Virus record (IMG/VR): IMGVR_UViG_3300033141_005269
Location: 1 to 64,000 of that record
DNA: 64,000 nucleotides
Source: a virus
Strand: one strand, 5' to 3'
A program made the position numbers and the translations under genes. The notes beneath the pieces were generated by a model that had not been told where the DNA came from, did no database searches, and saw only the letters and a list, made by a program, of their open reading frames with translations. This document shows positions 48,977 to 59,082 of the stretch, in pieces; the stretch's first letter is position 1; each line of letters starts with the position of its first letter.

Positions 48977-51590
48977 TTATCCAAGCGAATTAGCTATCAT
49001 AAAAACTTCGAAGCGTTTCATGAATTCATCGAGAGAAATAATCCCCATTACGAATTCCATGACTAAATGCTTTTGCTTCTTGTTTCGAAGGTCAAGAGTA
49101 TCACCAAGAATTTTCATAGTTTTCACAAATTTATCTTCGATACGCAAGGTTATTCCGCCATAAGCATGTAATTGAATAATTTTGTATTCTGATTGAAAGA
49201 GAAGTCTATAAAATAACATGCGTCTAATCGAATGATGCATCCCAAAATATATCCATTTTCCGTTGTCTTTAATTAGAACATGCGGCCCAGCGAATCCACG
49301 ATACCATAGCGTAATCATCGCCATGAAGTTTAATCCTCCAAAAGCTCATTTTGGCTTGCCCAATAAATTTTCAATTTGAATCGGAGAATTCGAAATAACT
49401 GCTTTGCCATTATGCCCAATAAGCCGTTGCGCGTCATCCGGAAATTTAAGTCTAATAATTATCGGTCGTCCAGTTTGTATCGAGAATCGAATTGCTTCGT
49501 AAATATCTGTCCAAGCGCGAACAGGAGGAAGAATGCACCCTTGTCGATAATATCGCATAAGCTTTTTGAATGAAGTGACATGATAAACAATCATGGAAAT
49601 CCTCCAAAAATGAATTAAGAGGAAGTTGCATTTACTTCTTCGATAGATAAGACATATCCTCGAATTTCAAAGCCAAGAATTGTAAACCATGGCTGATTAA
49701 TGAAAGTTATTTTATATGTTTTGCCTACTTCCAAATTCACGAAGCCAATAAGCCGATAGCTCACATCTTGGTCTCCATAGACTCGAGCCCAAACATTTGT
49801 GTGTTGACCGAAGCGTGTGCTATGCTCGATAGCTTGAACCGTCACTGTAACTTCATATGTTTGCCCAGCAAAAGTTAGAGCGTATAAATATGAACCACCA
49901 TAAACTACACCAACAAGAATTCCAAGAACAATGAGTACGGCTATCGCCGAGGCTAATAAGTCATATTTGTCCATTTTAATCCTCCAAATATAAAAAATAG
50001 GGGAGTTTATTTGTAGAAGCTGATTGGATATGGAGGTCTTGTCTGGTCAAACAAAACCGCAAAGACTGAACCCCAAGCTGAAGCAAACCACTGATTAGCT
50101 ACTCGAAACAGCTTGATATCCTCGCACGCCTCGAAAGAGATTATTGGGTCTCGTCTATCGAAGAACACTCGAGTGTTTTTGGGGATTTTCAACTGAATAG
50201 TTGGAGTTCGAATTGTGAAGCCCTTGAATAGAACACCACTGAGCAAATCGTAAGCCTCCAAAACTATTAATCAACTAATCGCTTCGAAATTTTATCATCA
50301 TCTAAAGGTTCGAGACAATTTGGACAAATGAATTTATCAAAATCATAGCTCATTATGAAATGCTCATCGTCGCAACCCTTATGATAGAATCCGTCACGGC
50401 GAAAATGAAATCTGCCAAGAACCTTACAAGTTGAATGTCCTTGATAAATAATATCATCGAGAATAGAGCCACAATGAGGACAGATTATCCTCTTATCTCC
50501 CTTTATTGCATGAGCCAACCGCTTTGCTTCAATTGAATTATTCATATTAATCCTCCAAAATTAGAATTAGTAAACTCGAAAGCCACCACAATTAAGGCAG
50601 AAGTTAGCCCATTTTTCCACAAGCTTTCTGTCGAGGTGATAACCGGGCGGCAAAAACTCTTCTATCTCCTTTTTCTTCTTTTCGAATTTGCAAGTTAGGG
50701 CATTGAAAATTGCCTCGACATCATCTTTTCCGTGGAGAAATTCAAGAACCCTTCGACCTATCTTTTCGGCGTCTTCTTGCTCGATTAAAAACCCATCGTT
50801 ATAAAGACCAACTTGAAACTTGTAATATTTTCGAGTTTCTTTATTTCCATCTTCATCCTCGATTTCGATTTCCATTTCCTCTTTTAGAAAATCATGGCAA
50901 AGAATGTAAACTAAACCCCATATTGGTGTCCAATACCACCAGTTTAGCGAGAAAAATTCTCCGTCTTTGTTCTTCGGGTTAATGCCAACAATGTCCACTC
51001 CCAAGATAAATCCTCCAAATAAAAATGGAAAATTACTTAATTCTGCGATAAGGTATTTGCTCGATTTCGAAGCTGATGAAGACTTTATGTCTTCGAACCT
51101 CGAAAGAAACATCCTTTGCCTCGAGTACTTTAAGTATCATTAGAACCTCATCAAGAGTTATATTTTCTGTATCGTTGGTAATCATTTCTGCGACCTCCGA
51201 TTATCAAAATGAGAGCCTTGAACCAGAACGAATTGATTATTTTTGCGAATTGTTTGGAAAGCTCTTGGGAACTCAAAAGTTTTTCCTCCTCGAAGAGATT
51301 TTAGCTTCGATAAGAATCAGTGCTGAAGAAAGCACGATGACTATCGAGAAGCTCCAGAAAATCATTTGGGTTGAAATCAACTGATAGCCTCCAAAAAGAG
51401 CTTATGCGAGATAATAGACTAAAGGTTTTCCTTTCGAATCAGTAGCTAAAATCCATTTGCCCTTCCATTTGCCGTTTGCCTCGAATTGTTTTTCGAGTAA
51501 GAAGTAGAGGGTATGATAACCGTTACTCCCAAGAATCATTCTTTTTCCGAGCTTGAACCTTCGCAAATTTGAACCTCCAATTATTTTCAC
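48977..51590 (-). other. Array of short hypothetical ORFs, including a membrane-anchored protein at 49615..49974
   Basis: Co-oriented ORFs with TTGGAGG SD motifs. Confidence 0.65.
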
Positions 51591-52036
51591 GGGACAAGGC
51601 GGGAAAGGGCTTTCCCTTACCGAGCCAGCTTTTCAGCTGACCGCTCCACGCAGGGAGGAACTCGCTTCGAGTCTGCCCTACAAGGCTTTTCACTGTTCGC
51701 CTTATGCGATGCCCTTCGAGCTTCATATCTCGAGGAAAGCTTGGAGCTGGGTGCCTCACAACCCGAGCACTTTAGCTCGAGCTGCTTCGTCTTACTGGAG
51801 GTGTTCGACAACTCTCTCCTTTCAGTTATGGAGAAGAGCCGGCACTCGCCCGAGCGGTCACCCGCTACTCTCGCCTTGTTGCCCGCCCTCGAGGCCAGGT
51901 CGGCTCTATGCCTCTGATTCGCTTGGCATAAGGTGGAGGACGCCTTCCAACTCGCAGTCGGAGCTGGAGTTGCCGCCTGCACTCCCGAGGGTTCGGCGAT
52001 GAGCTTCTCCTTTCACTGCAGTCCCGCCTCATTCCC
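51591..52036 (-). ncRNA. Candidate large (about 450 nt) structured ncRNA
   Basis: GC-rich island; 5' GGGAAUGAGGCGGGA pairs with 3' UCCCGCCUUGUCCC; many internal hairpins. Confidence 0.65.
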
Positions 52037-52231
52037 ACTCAAAAATTCGAGAAGGACGATTTACGAGCTGAACCTTACACCCTCGCAAACTCCTTCTCAT
52101 AGTTAATCTTTTTGGCTCAGAGCACGGGATTTCTGCGAAAGCTCTTTTCTGCCCGAAGCTCCTTCTTGCGAGGGAGGATTTGACTCCTCGAGAACCTCGC
52201 CTCAACAGAAAAAGAAAGGGGAATTTGAGAT

Positions 52232-52675
52232 TTATTTAGATTTCTTCTTGGGCTTTTCCTTCTTGACAGAACGCCGAGCGACAATTGCCTTGATTTCGCT
52301 TGGTACTCGTTTGATTGGTTTGATTGGCGTTCCTGCTTTTTCTTCCAGCATCTCCTTTGCTTCCTCGTCCACGAAGCGAATCGCTTTGCTTAATGGACGA
52401 GCCTTCTCGTTATAAGGAGCTCTTGCTTCTTTGAGTTGAGCTTGTAGCTCTTCGAGCTCCTTATGGGCTCTTTGGAGATGCGGGATTACTGAAGTGTCGC
52501 CTTTCTGAATCAGCTGAACAAAAAACTTGTTTAGCTGACCAGACACCGCACTTTTTGCCTGAACAAGAGCTTTGGTTGCCTTGTTCTTCTCGCTGTTTAT
52601 CTCTTTACGCCCGAAGCTTAAGCCCAATCGATAGTAGTAGAGCCTTTCCGCTGGAGTTAAATCAGTGTCGGACAT
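52232..52675 (-). CDS. Basic coiled-coil protein
   Basis: 147-aa ORF with a Lys-rich tail. Confidence 0.65.
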   Translation of the reverse strand: MSDTDLTPAERLYYYRLGLSFGRKEINSEKNKATKALVQAKSAVSGQLNKFFVQLIQKGDTSVIPHLQRAHKELEELQAQLKEARAPYNEKARPLSKAIRFVDEEAKEMLEEKAGTPIKPIKRVPSEIKAIVARRSVKKEKPKKKSK

Positions 52676-52762
52676 TTTTAATCCCTTTCGATAGGGAGCT
52701 TCGGTTTACAGAAGAGCTTTAACTCCCCGTCCAGCCTCGTGGCATATAAAAAATATGGGCTT

Positions 52763-53014
52763 TTAAAGAATCGGTTGGAGCCTAACGGCTTTCCAATATT
52801 CTGAATGCTCAAAAGCTTCTTTGTAAAGTTCGTAGTCTTCTCTGCGAATTTTCCTGATAAACGCTTGTTTTTCGATAATTTGAAAATCTTCTGTTTTTTC
52901 GAACAAGACTTTATGAGAATTCCTGAAATGCTCGATTAGCTGTTGCTCAATCCGTTCAAGTGTCAGCCCTATAAATCTCTGGTTACACTTTCGACATCTC
53001 GCCCAATATGGCAT
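52763..53014 (-). CDS. C2H2-like Zn-finger protein
   Basis: CRKC-x15-HFRNSH. Confidence 0.6.
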   Translation of the reverse strand: MPYWARCRKCNQRFIGLTLERIEQQLIEHFRNSHKVLFEKTEDFQIIEKQAFIRKIRREDYELYKEAFEHSEYWKAVRLQPIL

Positions 53015-53019
53015 TTTAG

Positions 53020-53305
53020 CTCACGCTGGACGGTCTGGAGAAGCTCGTTGTTAGCGTTCTCACTTGTCCGTTCCCCGCCCTCCCCTCGCCCGCTACGCTT
53101 TATCCTTAAGGCGAGATTCGTTACGCCTTAAGATTCAGCGCTCGTTTCTACACCGTCCGCCCGCATTACGACGCACGATAAACCATAACGTGCGTCCGTC
53201 GGTACGGTGTATCCCGTCGTGCGTCGTGTCGCCACGAGCGCACTTAACGGTTTGTTGGTTTTTGCACATACGTGCAATAGGCACGGTGTGCTTATCCAAA
53301 CCGTT
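53020..53305 (-). ncRNA. Candidate structured leader RNA of the minus-strand array
   Basis: Nested inverted repeats downstream of a TTTATATA box near 53320. Confidence 0.4.
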
Positions 53306-53699
53306 TGGGTGTCGGAAATATATAAAAAAGGAATATTATTTAAGCCTTTATAACATGCTATAATATATGAAACAAATATTTTATATCGAATATTATATAA
53401 TTTGGTTTATCCTTGACAAACAACCAAAAAGGAATTATGGGCAAGGCACGAATAACAACAAACGCTTTAAACCCTTTAACATCCCTTTATTTTTTGTTTT
53501 TGTCTTTTTGTGAAAACCTTTTTCGAGAATAAGAGCAAATTATGCCTTTTGTATGTTGTTTGTGCCTCAACCTTATTCGATAACTTAACAATAGTAACTT
53601 ATCCCGTATAGAACACTTCAGCTATGTTATACTATACTATTAGAGCTTATTACTCGAAATAATCAAGAAATTTCATAACTCGAATAAGTTTCAAGAATA

Positions 53700-53823
53700 T
53701 CGAGATTAAGCTATAAGCTATTAGCTATAAGCTATAGAGGGCTGGAGGGCTGTTAAACATTCGAGATTAATCCATGCAGAGAAAACAAATTATTCGAGAT
53801 TAATCAAATATTCGAGAAAAATC
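53700..53823. repeat. Direct-repeat cluster in the AT-rich divergent intergenic region
   Basis: 4x AGCTAT(A/T), 2x GAGGGCTG, about 4x TCGAGA(TT/AA)AA. Confidence 0.75.
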
Positions 53824-53965
53824 ACATAGTCCGCCGAGCCTTAAGTAATAATAATAATATTCGGTGTTGGGCAGAGGGAAAGGGAAAGATGCTTAACCAT
53901 TACTTTCCAAGTGAGTACATGGAAATAGGCGAAAATTTAAATAGAGAAAAGCGAAAAAGAGTTCA

Positions 53966-54370
53966 GTGATTCCGATGTGGATTTTGATAATTGGCTTCTT
54001 GATTTTGTATGGATTAGCAAAGCTTTTTAATTTATTGTCTGAAGAACCTACTTCATACTCGATCGAGTGTTCGAGACCTATGGGCTCGGAACCACCAACT
54101 CCAGGACCGGAAACAAATCCTATTATTCGCGGTCATATTTTCGAGCAACAAGCGCCCTTGCTAAAATTTCCTGAAGATATGCGAGATGCTCGCTTTATTG
54201 GGGGACCAGTTGATTATGTAATATTCAAGAATTGTTCTAAGGGCGGTCCTGTGGAAATACTCTTCGTTGAAGTTAAATCAGGAAGTTCGAATTTGAGTAA
54301 GCGAGAAGAATTAATAAAAGAAGCCGTATTGAATAAAAGGGTGAAATGGCTCGAAGTGAGGAGATCATAA
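53966..54370 (+). CDS. Holliday junction resolvase-like PD-(D/E)XK nuclease with an N-terminal TM helix
   Basis: EQQAP, DARFIGGPVDYVIF, FVEVKSG. Confidence 0.8.
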   Translation: MIPMWILIIGFLILYGLAKLFNLLSEEPTSYSIECSRPMGSEPPTPGPETNPIIRGHIFEQQAPLLKFPEDMRDARFIGGPVDYVIFKNCSKGGPVEILFVEVKSGSSNLSKREELIKEAVLNKRVKWLEVRRS

Positions 54371-54382
54371 AAACTTTGGGCA

Positions 54383-55618
54383 GTGAGTGAGTTGAAACAG
54401 GTTGTTTTGATAAACTTACCAAGTCCATTTTTGATTGATGATCAGGTGATGCCTCCACTTGGTCTGCTTTACATTTCGAGTTATTTGAAGAAGCATAAAG
54501 TTTCAGTTGAAGTTATCGATCTATCTGGGGGAGAAAAGTTTCCATCGATTAATGCGGATTGGATTGGAATATCTGCTACAACGCCACAGTATGAGGAAGC
54601 CTTGAGAATATTAACGAAGATTAAAGCGAGAAATCGATATCAGAGAGTTATTATAGGCGGACCTCATGCGACATGCATGGGCGAAAAATTACTCTTCGAT
54701 GGATTCGATGGAGTTGTAATAGGCGAGGGGGAACGGGCAATGTATAAAATAGTTTGCTTCGGAAACGATGTTTTGCCAGTAGTCCAAGAACCAGAAATTG
54801 AAGATTTAGATATTTTACCGTTTCCAGATCGAGAAGCGATTAATTTGGAAAAATACAAATACTTTATAGACGACGAACGAGCAACAACGATGATTACCTC
54901 GAGAGGGTGCCCCTTTCATTGTGCGTTTTGTTCCCATACCTGGGAATCAGTGCGATTTAGGAGCGCTGGGAACGTGCTCGCAGAAGTCGATGAAATACAG
55001 AAAAAGTTTGGGTACAACGCGATAATGTTCTATGACGATAATTTTACTTTGAACATCTCGAGGTTGAAAAAGATTTGCAAAGGCTTGAAAAAACGCGGTG
55101 TGAAATGGCGATGTTTGGTTAGAGCGAATTTAGTTAATGAAGAATTATTAAAGAGGATGAGAAAGAGTGGATGCGTCGAAATATTAGCAGGCTTGGAGTC
55201 AATGGACCAAGATATCTTAAATGGAATAAATAAGGGAACGACTGTGGAACAAAATTATGAAGTTACCAGGCTTGCAAGGAAAGCCGGTTTGCGTTTCAAG
55301 GCATTATTAATGATTGGATTGCCAGGAGAGAGTCACGAGAGCGTGGAGAAGATTCGAGAGTATTTGGAGAAAATGCAACCAGATGATTTCGACTTAACGA
55401 TTTACACACCTTATCCAAAGAGCTTAATTTGGGAATTCCCTGAAATGTTCGATATTAAGATAGACTACGAGAAACTTGGTTGGTATAAGGGTAGAATTGG
55501 AGAGTATAGGTGCGCCGTGAGCACTTCGAAATTAAGAAGCGATGAAATTGTAAGATTGCGTGATGAAATCGAGAAAGAATTCAGCTACCTCAAGAAAAGT
55601 AATAAAACATTCTATTAA
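54383..55618 (+). CDS. B12-binding radical SAM protein
   Basis: PPLGLLY, GGPHAT, TSRGCPFHCAFC, YDDNF. Confidence 0.92.
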   Translation: MSELKQVVLINLPSPFLIDDQVMPPLGLLYISSYLKKHKVSVEVIDLSGGEKFPSINADWIGISATTPQYEEALRILTKIKARNRYQRVIIGGPHATCMGEKLLFDGFDGVVIGEGERAMYKIVCFGNDVLPVVQEPEIEDLDILPFPDREAINLEKYKYFIDDERATTMITSRGCPFHCAFCSHTWESVRFRSAGNVLAEVDEIQKKFGYNAIMFYDDNFTLNISRLKKICKGLKKRGVKWRCLVRANLVNEELLKRMRKSGCVEILAGLESMDQDILNGINKGTTVEQNYEVTRLARKAGLRFKALLMIGLPGESHESVEKIREYLEKMQPDDFDLTIYTPYPKSLIWEFPEMFDIKIDYEKLGWYKGRIGEYRCAVSTSKLRSDEIVRLRDEIEKEFSYLKKSNKTFY

Positions 55619-56448
55619 AAATAGCCTAGAGCGCGTAGAGTTTCCATTAGATATTTTTCTTTCTCGGTATGTCGACCAGCACGCTCCGAAGTTTTGGTTT
55701 TTTCGATTTCTTTAATTATCTCATCGACTGTTTTTGCGTTTGAACGAATTGGTTTTGAGCATGGCCAGCAACCCAGGCTACGATATCTCCAACTATCTTT
55801 TGAGAAATAGAGTGGGTTAACTGGCAAGTTTCTGGATTTGATATAGCGCCAAACATCCAACTCAGTCCAATGAAGAAGCGGATGCACGCGAACATGATTA
55901 CAGTTGGAACCGAAATCTGAGGCATATAAATCCCAAAGCTCTGCGTCTTGGAGCGCTTCATAATTACTATCGGAATTTGGCGATATTATCGTTTTTTGCT
56001 GATAAACTTTCCAACGCCAGTTTTCATCTCGTGGCGACATAACTCGTTCCTTACTCCGAATGGCATGTTCGTCGCGTCGAATTGAAACCATTAGAGCATC
56101 GAGTTTGTTCTGTTCTACTACTTGTTTAAGCGCTGTCATTTTGTGCTCGGTGCAACATTGTTGAACTGAGTTCTGGAACGGGTTAACCTTGGAATCCGAC
56201 TTCGCGATGATTAACTTTAACTTCCAATCAGAAGCAATTTGATCTCTGAAGTCTAAAAGCTCTTGAAAGTGGAAACCTGTGTCGATATGAATTACCGGGA
56301 ATGGAATTGTTCCGAAGAAAGCTTCTCGAACAAGAGAAAGTAAGGTCGTGGAGTCCTTGCCAGTACTCCAAAGAACTGCAATGTTTTCGAACTTTGCATT
56401 TGCCTCTCGAATTATGTAAATTGATTTTTCGACTAGATCGTCAAGCAA
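55615..56448 (-). CDS. cysD: Sulfate adenylyltransferase subunit 2 / PAPS reductase family
   Basis: WSTGKDS, HIDTG, IRRDEH..RSKER, RVHPLLHWTE, YRSLGC, LRALGYF. Confidence 0.75.
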   Translation of the reverse strand: MLDDLVEKSIYIIREANAKFENIAVLWSTGKDSTTLLSLVREAFFGTIPFPVIHIDTGFHFQELLDFRDQIASDWKLKLIIAKSDSKVNPFQNSVQQCCTEHKMTALKQVVEQNKLDALMVSIRRDEHAIRSKERVMSPRDENWRWKVYQQKTIISPNSDSNYEALQDAELWDLYASDFGSNCNHVRVHPLLHWTELDVWRYIKSRNLPVNPLYFSKDSWRYRSLGCWPCSKPIRSNAKTVDEIIKEIEKTKTSERAGRHTEKEKYLMETLRALGYF

Positions 56449-56454
56449 AGTTAA

Positions 56455-57062
56455 TCACTTCCCCAAAGAAAGGACTATCCCGCACAGCTCACTGCAAATT
56501 GGCACGAAAGAATCGTGATTAGAATCGTAATACCATTTGAGTTTATCTAGCGGAATTTCTTTTCCGCAGATAGCACAGATAAATTTTATTCCCTTGGGAG
56601 GTAATACAGGACCGGTCGCCGACACCCCCGAGGAGAAAAATTGATATTCCAAATTACCCCCTCCCCAGTCTATATGCAACTTCACATGTTTCAGAACAGA
56701 AAACAAGGAAAGTACGTCTTTTTTCATCGTAGTATATTCTGTACGGATGTCCTACAATTATACATTTGCAATTTTTACAAATCCAAGGCGAAAAAACATC
56801 TTTTAATTGATCAGTGTAATCTATAATTTTTTTCACGCCCCAAATTGTAAACAATTTCACAGAGTTCCGAACAAGTAGCTTTTCGTGAGAACTCGAGATA
56901 TTTTTCATATGGCAAATTCACAAAGCATATAGCTTTGCCGCAAATAACACAGCAGATTATTCCAGATACTGTTGTTATTGATTCAGTGCTTAGTGTTTGT
57001 TGATTAGGAGTCCAATTAATTACTACACTCATTTTGCTCGAAAAACTCCTTAACCTTTTCAA
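56455..57062 (-). other. Three tandem TRASH-like Zn-finger ORFs
   Basis: CxxC..CSELC, CSETC and CSELC. Confidence 0.6.
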
Positions 57063-58119
57063 TTATGAAATTTTGCTCTTCTTTAAACATTTCGGGGAAA
57101 AGTGGTAAACTCAATAATTCGCGAGATGCTTGTTCAGCAATTGGCAAATCACCAGGTTTATAGTTAAGATGTTTATATGAAGGTTGTAAATGTGAAGGAG
57201 TTGGAAAATGAATACCAGTTTGTATACCAGCTTTTTCGAGGAAAATTTTAAGCTGATCACGTAACGGAGTGCGAATGGCGTAGAGGTAGAAAACATGCTT
57301 AGCCCAAGGAGCTTCGTATGGAGTGACAACCAATTTATTTAAATGTTGGGTGTATCGCTGCGCGAGTTGCCTTCGTTTCGAAATCCACTTGTTGACGTGG
57401 TCCAGTTTTACTGAGAGGATTGCAGCTTGCAAAGCATCTAGGCGACTATTATAGCCTATGCAAACATGATGATCACGCTTAATCTGTCCATACTCACGAA
57501 GAATTCGCGCCCGCTTAGCGATTTCTGGATCAGAAGTAACTATTGCTCCGCCATCGCCGTAACACCCGAGAACCTTGGTTGGATAGAATGAATAACAAAC
57601 TGCATTGCCAAAATGTCCGAGTTTAAATCCTTCGAAGGTTGAGCCGAGGGCTTGTGCAGCATCGAAAATTATTTTTGTATCATCATCCAAAGCATTAAAG
57701 ATCGAAAGAATATCTGCTGGATGGCCGAATAAGTGAACTGGTATCACGGCTTTAATCTTTAAGCTGATAAGATGTTTTGCGTTTAGGGTTAAAGTTTTTG
57801 GCTCAACGTCCAGTAGGAGTGGGTGAGCGCCAAGACGTGGAATACAATCAACTGTCGATATCCAAGAATTAGGGACAGTCGCTACTTTATCATCGGTTGA
57901 AATGCCACAAGCTCGAAGAGCTATGAGTAGAGCATCTGTGCCACTGTTAACTCCAATTGCATAGCTTGCGCCAACTGCTCGTGCGAATTGTTCCTCGAAG
58001 TCCTCAAGAAACTTGCCCTTGATGAAGTGACCGCTTTGGAGAACTTCTTTAATTGCCGAATCAATCTCGTCTTTAATTTCCTGATATTGTCTTGTTAGAT
58101 CGCAAAGTGGAATTTGCAT
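57016..58119 (-). CDS. DegT/DnrJ/EryC1 sugar aminotransferase
   Basis: NSGTDAL, PVHLFG, DAAQA, SFYPTKVLGCYGDGG, GYNSRLD. Confidence 0.93.
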   Translation of the reverse strand: MQIPLCDLTRQYQEIKDEIDSAIKEVLQSGHFIKGKFLEDFEEQFARAVGASYAIGVNSGTDALLIALRACGISTDDKVATVPNSWISTVDCIPRLGAHPLLLDVEPKTLTLNAKHLISLKIKAVIPVHLFGHPADILSIFNALDDDTKIIFDAAQALGSTFEGFKLGHFGNAVCYSFYPTKVLGCYGDGGAIVTSDPEIAKRARILREYGQIKRDHHVCIGYNSRLDALQAAILSVKLDHVNKWISKRRQLAQRYTQHLNKLVVTPYEAPWAKHVFYLYAIRTPLRDQLKIFLEKAGIQTGIHFPTPSHLQPSYKHLNYKPGDLPIAEQASRELLSLPLFPEMFKEEQNFIIEKVKEFFEQNECSN

Positions 58120-58121
58120 TG

Positions 58122-59009
58122 TTAACCCCTTAATGAATTGATTATTTTGACAACCTTCGCAGCGAACTTAAAATTAGTCAATGGCTCGAGATCGTTTTGA
58201 ATACAATCAATAAAATGAGAGCAAGAAACTGTGAGTGGAGGCGTAGGGTCAATTTGAGAGCTCTTTTCAATACCGAAGAACTTGATGCATTTTTCGCGTG
58301 GCAGATTGATTTCATCGAATAGAATTGCTTGTTTATCATAAATGACATTAATTATTCGTTGCTTCATCATTTCATAACTAACTGTAACATGGAAAAAGGA
58401 ATTTTTATCGAAGAAAGTAGCTAGAGCAGTCTTTTGATCGATTTCGATACATCCGCCAGGTCGTAATTGTTTAAAGAATGAAAGTAAGATCGAAGTGGGG
58501 TGGGGCATCCAGTCGTTGAAAGCGCTGAGATCCACTCTGAAGGGTTCGAAATTAGAGAAAAGAATACTTATGAATTTTGGCTTACCAAACTCTGAAATTA
58601 ATTCTCCTAATTTTTGAATGCCTGGGTGATACAAGTAAGTATAGTCAACCATACAGGTTAAATCGTCTGGTTTATTAAGTTTGAGATATTTCGCATCGCG
58701 ATAAGAAAGCGTGAAAGGTTTTTCGACAAAACAATGCAAATTGTATTTCAAAGCTTGGTATGTAAGCTCGAAATGAGTGACTGCCGGGGTAGCGATTGCA
58801 ACCGCATCTATATCAGCGGATTTGAAAAAATCATCTCGATTAGAAAAAGTGCTTATTGATCCGTAAGAATTTATCGCTTCATGCAGTTTAGCTTCCGAGG
58901 AGTCGCAGATTGCGGTTAATTTGCAGTTGGGAATGTTTGTGAATGTTTTCGCGAGATTGTGTCCCCATCGGCCGAAACCAATCAAACCCACCTTAATCAA
59001 GTATTTCAC
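58122..59009 (-). CDS. Gfo/Idh/MocA oxidoreductase
   Basis: IGFGRWG, IATP..H, FVEKP. Confidence 0.9.
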   Translation of the reverse strand: MKYLIKVGLIGFGRWGHNLAKTFTNIPNCKLTAICDSSEAKLHEAINSYGSISTFSNRDDFFKSADIDAVAIATPAVTHFELTYQALKYNLHCFVEKPFTLSYRDAKYLKLNKPDDLTCMVDYTYLYHPGIQKLGELISEFGKPKFISILFSNFEPFRVDLSAFNDWMPHPTSILLSFFKQLRPGGCIEIDQKTALATFFDKNSFFHVTVSYEMMKQRIINVIYDKQAILFDEINLPREKCIKFFGIEKSSQIDPTPPLTVSCSHFIDCIQNDLEPLTNFKFAAKVVKIINSLRG

Positions 59010-59082
59010 CTTTATATTTTTATAATTGTTCGAGAAAATAATAAAAGAAGCAATTACATAAACTTTCTGTTGAAAGAGGAAC

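Noticed and set aside
33659-50261. ORF-track starts reading MEV or MEA
   Set aside because: Several use the TTG inside the TTGGAGG SD motif; true starts are probably a few codons downstream.
51523-52002. ORFs overlapping the GC-rich island
   Set aside because: Atypical Ser/Arg/Pro-rich composition; extensive base pairing explains the region better.
51591-52036. RNase P, SRP or group II intron identity for the large RNA
   Set aside because: Only loose resemblance; conserved signature sequences could not be located by eye.
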